DNA of 64,000 nucleotides from an uncultured Methylococcus sp. GTDB lineage: Bacteria > Pseudomonadota > Gammaproteobacteria > Methylococcales > Methylococcaceae. Below the pieces are notes generated by a model, which ran no database searches, was not told the origin of the DNA, and saw only the letters and a list, made by a program, of their open reading frames with translations. The stretch spans positions 19,283-83,282 of the forward strand of contig CAILMG010000176.1 of the NCBI GenBank assembly GCA_903835265.1, given 5' to 3'. The stretch's first letter is position 1, and each line of letters opens with the position of its first letter. Below are positions 56,381 through 64,000 of this stretch, one piece after another. The translations under genes were made by a program, and so were the position numbers.

Positions 56381-57184
56381 ATGGAAAAATATGGTGGGCG
56401 ACTCATTTACACGGCGCGTGACGATCAAGGTCCCGTTGAAGTGGTTGAGGTTCAGGGAGTTCGCTGCCTTCATTTTGGATCACCTGCGATTCAAAGCGCT
56501 CAGTTAATATCCCTTCCTGATCGGCTTGAACTTGCGTATCTTCGGACGCTGCTTTTTGGGTGTCTTTTGGTGCCTGATCCATCGAGGATTCTCGTTTTAG
56601 GCCTCGGCGGTGGGTCTGTGGTCCGCTTTCTTTTAAAGCATTTTGCGGACATTGAAGTCGTGGTCTTGGAGTCTCGATCTCTGCTAAAGACGATTGCGGC
56701 GGATTTCTTTGGCCTTGAAGACGACCCACGGGTCACCTTCAGAATCGGTGATGCGGGTCATCTCGTGGGGGCTATGCTGGAGGATGTTCCCATTGACCCT
56801 GGCTATGACCTGATCCTCATCGATCTCTGCGATGCGAAAGGTCCTTCAGAGCTTCTTTTGCGCGCTGATTTCTGGGAGTGTATCGGCCCACTTCTTAGGA
56901 AACGCGGGGTTTTGACGGTCAATCTCTGGACCCAGGAAAACGAGACCTATCAGGGTGTCATTAAGCTTCTTAAAAGGACTTTTGAGGGCAGAGTCTTTTC
57001 GCTGACGGTCCCAGGTCGGGGGAATGTGATTGGGGGCGTGACTGGCAGCGAGGTCACCATCAGATCTCAAAAAAAACTCTTTGAAGCGGCGCAGAAGCTG
57101 AGTATTCGGCTCGGACTTGAATTGGTCCGAATGCTTGGGCGGGTAGAGCCACCTCTAAAAGCCCTCAAAGAGGCCGTGCGCTGA
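56381..57184 (+). CDS. Spermidine-synthase-like class I methyltransferase-fold protein
   Basis: 267 aa. The SAM/dcSAM-binding loop is ILVLGLGGGS, followed by VVVLESR..., and D-loop IDLCD is present. It is not a canonical SpeE. Confidence 0.65.
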   Translation: MEKYGGRLIYTARDDQGPVEVVEVQGVRCLHFGSPAIQSAQLISLPDRLELAYLRTLLFGCLLVPDPSRILVLGLGGGSVVRFLLKHFADIEVVVLESRSLLKTIAADFFGLEDDPRVTFRIGDAGHLVGAMLEDVPIDPGYDLILIDLCDAKGPSELLLRADFWECIGPLLRKRGVLTVNLWTQENETYQGVIKLLKRTFEGRVFSLTVPGRGNVIGGVTGSEVTIRSQKKLFEAAQKLSIRLGLELVRMLGRVEPPLKALKEAVR

Positions 57185-57192
57185 AGGACTGG

Positions 57193-59993
<2,801 letters not shown>

Positions 59994-60006
59994 GTGGCCT
60001 CAGATT

Positions 60007-63000
60007 CTAAGCGGTGGTCATCTCAAAAGCGGCGTCAATATCCACAGCGACGATTCGCGATACACCCGGTTCCTTCATGGTCACCCCAGCCAAATGCTGT
60101 GCGATCTCCATGGTAGCTTTATTGTGTGAAATAAAGAGGAATTGTACTCTCTCCGACATTTCCTTGACCAACTGGCTGAAACGTCCCACGTTAGCGTCAT
60201 CCAATGGAGCGTCCACCTCATCCAGCAGGCAGAAGGGGGCTGGGTTTAGTTCGAAAATCGCAAAAACCAGGGCCGCAGCCGTCAGCGCCTTTTCGCCCCC
60301 GGAAAGAAGGTGAATGGAGCTGTTGCGCTTCCCGGGCGGCCTTGCCATGACGGTGACGCCAGCGTCGAGGAGATCCCGATCGGTCAGTTCAAGACTGGCC
60401 TGCCCCCCCCCGAAGAGTTTCGGGAACATCCGCTGGAGACCTGCGTTGATGAGATCAAAGGTTTCTTTGAAGCGGCTTCTGCACTCGCGGTCTATTTTTT
60501 CGATCGCATCACGGAGCGTGGTGAGTGAATCTTCAAGGTCCCGGTGCTGTTCATCCATGAAGATCATGCGCTCTTCTTGCGCCTGGTACTCTTCCATCGC
60601 CGTGAGGTTCACAGGTCCCAATCGGTTAATCTCAAGGCCCAGTTCGGTGACCCGCTGCTGCCATGTCTTCTCATCCGCATGTTCCGGTAATTCAGCCATG
60701 ACCTGATGGGGATCACAGGCCATCTCCTCGCATTGCTCCAAGACGGTTTGGCGTCTTACTTCGTTAGCTGAGAGCTCGAGTTTGATGCCTTCAAGGCCCG
60801 CTTTGATGTTATCTCTCTCTCGCTCCTTCAGCAGCATCGCCTCGCTGTGGTGACGAATATCCCGCTCGATGGCATCTGCTTCCTGGCGCCTTTGGGTCAG
60901 TGACTTTTCGACGACGTCGCGTTCTTGGATGAGATTCTCAAGGATTTCTTGGGCGCCTTCCTCGGGTTGAGCGAAAGTGTCTACCTGACCTTGGAGAAGA
61001 CCGAGTCGCTGTTTTGTCTGTTCGAGCTGCTGCCGGGCGCGTTCGAGGTGGCGATGGGTCAGTTGTTCATTAGATCGAAGGCTTTCCTGACGCCCTTTGA
61101 GTGCGCCGAGGTGGTCACGGGCTTCTCGAAGGCTTTGATCCGCCTTGTCCTTTAAGAGATCCAGACGTTCACGTTCGATCAGTTGTTGAGCCATCGATTG
61201 ATCCAGTCTTTCAATTTCAAGGGTTGCTGAGGATCCTGCTTGGTGGGCCTCCTCAAGGGCCTCCATGTAGTCACTTTGCTCGAGGGTGAGATCTTCTAGT
61301 TCCTTGAGGACTTGGTGATGGCGCTTGCTGAATTGTTCCTCGAGAGATTTCGCGGTACTGAGTTCGGACTTCGCTCTTTCATAGGCCGTGACCAGGGTCC
61401 TTTCTTCGCTCTCGAAATGGCCCCTTTCCTGCTCGGACTGGATCAAACCGAGCTCCAGTTCCTCTAGGTGCCTTTCGCTGCGGTTAAGGCTGAGGCGAAG
61501 TCCGCCGAGTTCGCTTTTCATCCTCTTGAGTTCGCGCTCTCGACGGATCAGACCCGCCTTACCGTCATCAAGGGCTTCGATCGCGATCCAGCCAGGGCCA
61601 AGCCGGGTTCCATTGGGCGTGATCACGGATTCGTGAGGGGCAATATTCTGGCTGATCTGATGGGCCTCAAGGAGATTGTCGGCGCAATAAATAGAGCCAA
61701 TGAGCGGGTCGAGATTAAACGGAGAGAGAACCTTATCCAACAGTTTCAAGGGGCCAGAGGTCCCTTTCAGAGCAGGAAGGACCGTCCGCTCGATGAGGCT
61801 CAAAGATTCCTCATCAAGACGTGAGATGGCATCAAGATAAGGTGGGATGCTATCGATGCAAAGCGCCTGAAGCTTGAAGCCAAGGAGAGTCTCAACGGCC
61901 GACTCCCACTGGGGTTCAACGTCCAAGGTTTCGGCGAGTCGCGGCGCATCATGAAGCCCCTCGCGGGTGAGCCAATCTTGAAGTTCTGCCCGGTCCTTAC
62001 CCATCGCATGTTGTTGCAGGGTTTCAAGGGACGACATGCGTCCTTCCGCCGCATGAATTTCGGCGAGTTGCTGATTCAATTGCTGCTGCGCTGATTTTTG
62101 CTGTTCCCGCTGGCGCTCGAGGTTCTGTTGGATTTCAATGCGACGCGCCGCCATCAGCTGGCTTTCGGCCTCAAGCGCTGCAACCGCTTGCTCGAGAGTC
62201 GGTAGCGCTTGATGATGGAGTGAAAGCTCAATCTCCCGCTGTTCGTCGACTAAGCGCTCGCGCCGCAGTGCTAATTGTCGAGTCTGTTGCTCGATTTGCC
62301 CTGTTTTTGAGCGCTGAAGGCTCTCTTCACCTTTGATTTGAGCGATTTCCGTCCGGAGATTCTCAAGGCTTTCTCTCAGCTGTCTGAGTTCGATCGCGGA
62401 GGCTTCCCGGGCCAGGGTTTTCTCGGCTTCGTCCTGAGTGACGGCCTCCATCTCGAGGGTCAGGGTCACCAGCTCCTCTCGAATGTCCTCCAGTTGTTGC
62501 TGGTCATGATCCAGATCCATTTGGGCGCTTCGCTGCTCGTCCATGAGTCGCGCCTCTTCCTTTAGAAGATTTTCATGGGTTTCCTGAGCATGCTTTAGGG
62601 TTTGGGACCTTTTTGAAATATCGGCGCCAAGTTCGTAGAACTGGGCCTGTTCTTGATGAAGCGTTTTCTGGAGGCCCTCTTGACGCTGTCTTAGACCGTC
62701 GAGTTGCTCCTTGAGAACGTATTCTTCCTCAGCGATGGAAAGAAACTGTTGGTGGGTGGTTTCCAGCTGGCTTTTAAGTTTTTGATATTCGAGTTCATGC
62801 TTTTTCCAGCGAAGCGCCAGGAGTTGTTCTTTGTGGCGGAGCTCCTCATCTCTAAGAACGGTGTATTTTTCCGCCTTTTTTGCCTGGCGCTTAAGACTCT
62901 CGATCTGTTTAAAGACCTCTTCCCGGAGATCCATGAGCCGATCCAGGTTCTCCTGGGTATGGCCCATCCGCAACTCGGTTTCATGACGCCTCTCCTTGTA

Positions 63001-63516
63001 TTTTGAGATGCCGGCGGCTTCTTCGATGAGCTCTCTGAGTTCTTGCGGCTTGGCTTCAATCAGCCTTGAAATGGTCCCTTGCTCGATGATGGCGTAACTT
63101 CTAGAGCCTAGACCGGTCCCGAGAAAAAGATCGGTGATGTCCTTACGTCGACAGCGGGTGCCATTGAGAATATAGGTGGATTGGCCATCCCGAGTGACCT
63201 GTCGTTTAATTGAAATCTCAGGATATTGGGCAAATTCCCCGGGGGCCTTTCCTTCAGCGTTATCGAAAACCAGCTCTACGGAGGCAAGACCGACGGGCTT
63301 TCGACTGCTGGAGCCATTGAAAATAACGTCCGCCATGCTTTCACCACGAAGGTGTTTGGCGGAGCTTTCGCCCATCACCCAGCGGACGGCATCGATGATG
63401 TTCGATTTTCCACAACCATTGGGTCCTACGATACCAATCAGGTTACCCGGCGTTGGGATCGTCGTGGGATCGACGAAAGATTTGAAGCCCGCGAGTTTAA
63501 TTCGGTCAAGTCGCAC
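60007..63516 (-). CDS. smc: Chromosome segregation protein SMC
   Basis: 1169 aa. Walker A is GPNGCGKSNIIDA. Long coiled coils, a hinge, the signature LSGGEKAL and Walker B FCLLDEVDAPLD are present. Confidence 0.97.
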   Translation of the reverse strand: MRLDRIKLAGFKSFVDPTTIPTPGNLIGIVGPNGCGKSNIIDAVRWVMGESSAKHLRGESMADVIFNGSSSRKPVGLASVELVFDNAEGKAPGEFAQYPEISIKRQVTRDGQSTYILNGTRCRRKDITDLFLGTGLGSRSYAIIEQGTISRLIEAKPQELRELIEEAAGISKYKERRHETELRMGHTQENLDRLMDLREEVFKQIESLKRQAKKAEKYTVLRDEELRHKEQLLALRWKKHELEYQKLKSQLETTHQQFLSIAEEEYVLKEQLDGLRQRQEGLQKTLHQEQAQFYELGADISKRSQTLKHAQETHENLLKEEARLMDEQRSAQMDLDHDQQQLEDIREELVTLTLEMEAVTQDEAEKTLAREASAIELRQLRESLENLRTEIAQIKGEESLQRSKTGQIEQQTRQLALRRERLVDEQREIELSLHHQALPTLEQAVAALEAESQLMAARRIEIQQNLERQREQQKSAQQQLNQQLAEIHAAEGRMSSLETLQQHAMGKDRAELQDWLTREGLHDAPRLAETLDVEPQWESAVETLLGFKLQALCIDSIPPYLDAISRLDEESLSLIERTVLPALKGTSGPLKLLDKVLSPFNLDPLIGSIYCADNLLEAHQISQNIAPHESVITPNGTRLGPGWIAIEALDDGKAGLIRRERELKRMKSELGGLRLSLNRSERHLEELELGLIQSEQERGHFESEERTLVTAYERAKSELSTAKSLEEQFSKRHHQVLKELEDLTLEQSDYMEALEEAHQAGSSATLEIERLDQSMAQQLIERERLDLLKDKADQSLREARDHLGALKGRQESLRSNEQLTHRHLERARQQLEQTKQRLGLLQGQVDTFAQPEEGAQEILENLIQERDVVEKSLTQRRQEADAIERDIRHHSEAMLLKERERDNIKAGLEGIKLELSANEVRRQTVLEQCEEMACDPHQVMAELPEHADEKTWQQRVTELGLEINRLGPVNLTAMEEYQAQEERMIFMDEQHRDLEDSLTTLRDAIEKIDRECRSRFKETFDLINAGLQRMFPKLFGGGQASLELTDRDLLDAGVTVMARPPGKRNSSIHLLSGGEKALTAAALVFAIFELNPAPFCLLDEVDAPLDDANVGRFSQLVKEMSERVQFLFISHNKATMEIAQHLAGVTMKEPGVSRIVAVDIDAAFEMTTA

Positions 63517-63662
63517 GTCGTTAGGGAATTTGAGGAGGTGACCGATGCTGGTTGGGAATGGCGTAGAGGGTTATTATAGCCGACTCTGGCCGGCGTGAGC
63601 CTGTGCCAGGGTCCCGAACGATCGGGTACCCTATGTCCCTTTGAACCTCATTATCATTATCT

Positions 63663-64000
63663 ATGAGCAACCAACCCAGCAAGGCGCTTGAGACCTTTGA
63701 TAACCCGAAGCCTGAACGCGATTTCACCATCCGCATTGATCTGCCTGAATTTACCTGCCTTTGCCCCAAAACAGGCCAGCCGGACTTTGCGACCCTTCAT
63801 ATTGAGTATGTCCCTGATCGGCTGTGCGTGGAGTTAAAGTCTTTGAAACTGTATGTGTGGTCCTACCGTGATGAAGGAGCTTTTCATGAGGCGGTCACCA
63901 ACCAGATTCTGGATGACCTCGTAGCGGCCACAAAACCCAGGTTCATGCGGCTTACGGCGCGCTTTAATGTCCGTGGCGGGGTCTATACCCATGTCGTTGC
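63663..64000 (+). CDS. queF: NADPH-dependent 7-cyano-7-deazaguanine reductase (type I QueF), 5' part. The 3' end lies outside the window.
   Basis: It is not in the ORF track because no stop is reached. Hand translation from ATG 63663 gives [82 protein letters not shown]..., which contains the QueF motif E(F/L)TCLCP.TGQPDF. Confidence 0.85.
   Translation, partial: MSNQPSKALETFDNPKPERDFTIRIDLPEFTCLCPKTGQPDFATLHIEYVPDRLCVELKSLKLYVWSYRDEGAFHEAVTNQILDDLVAATKPRFMRLTARFNVRGGVYTHVV

Noticed and set aside
63517-63662. Possible preQ1 riboswitch in the leader of queF (small AGGGT...ACCCT stem at about 63612-63636)
   Set aside because: There is no A-rich 3' tail or conserved loop nucleotides of the preQ1-I/II classes, and the stem is short. 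It cannot be distinguished from chance by eye. A covariance-model scan would be needed.

Overview
The window reads as a chromosomal segment of a gammaproteobacterium-like genome. The evidence is gene order: prfB-lysS, dusB-fis-purH and smc-zipA-ligA. It is densely coded and mostly housekeeping. I found no tRNA or rRNA genes, no CRISPR array, and no transposase or integrase.

Gene order along the window:
- pqiB (3' fragment) and pqiC
- glgX, translationally coupled to an OMF-MFP-RND efflux operon
- a lanthanide-type methanol dehydrogenase island: a SoxYZ-like carrier and an MBL hydrolase, divergent from xoxF-xoxJ
- lysS and prfB (programmed +1 frameshift found by hand)
- a Rrf2-regulated sufBCDSU + Rieske operon
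- an L,D-transpeptidase and a YcbK/MepK-like peptidase
- mtnBDC (methionine salvage)
- an ~11 kb single-strand polysaccharide operon: an O-antigen-ligase-family protein, a MurJ-like flippase, two sulfotransferases, cysC, three glycosyltransferases and an AsnB-like amidotransferase
- a CNNM/TlyC-type protein and a STAS/RsbW-like partner-switching pair
- prlC, osmC and speD
- two secreted hypothetical proteins
- a GlcF-like gene, purH, fis, dusB and a GT9 gene
- clpB, with a sigma32-type promoter and a conserved internal start
- a MEKHLA-like gene divergent from a spermidine-synthase-like gene
- ligA, zipA, smc, and the 5' part of queF (absent from the ORF track because it runs off the window)

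The most interesting loci are:
1. the predicted sulfated and amidated polysaccharide operon (28.1-39.0 kb)
2. the functionally uncharacterised SoxYZ-like carrier / MBL hydrolase pair next to xoxF (9.4-14.4 kb)
3. the overlapping secreted hypothetical pair (45.1-47.8 kb)
4. the peptidoglycan 3-3 cross-link module with a small acidic ORF (23.4-25.9 kb)

All calls rest on reading the translated ORFs and the DNA by eye. No database search was run.
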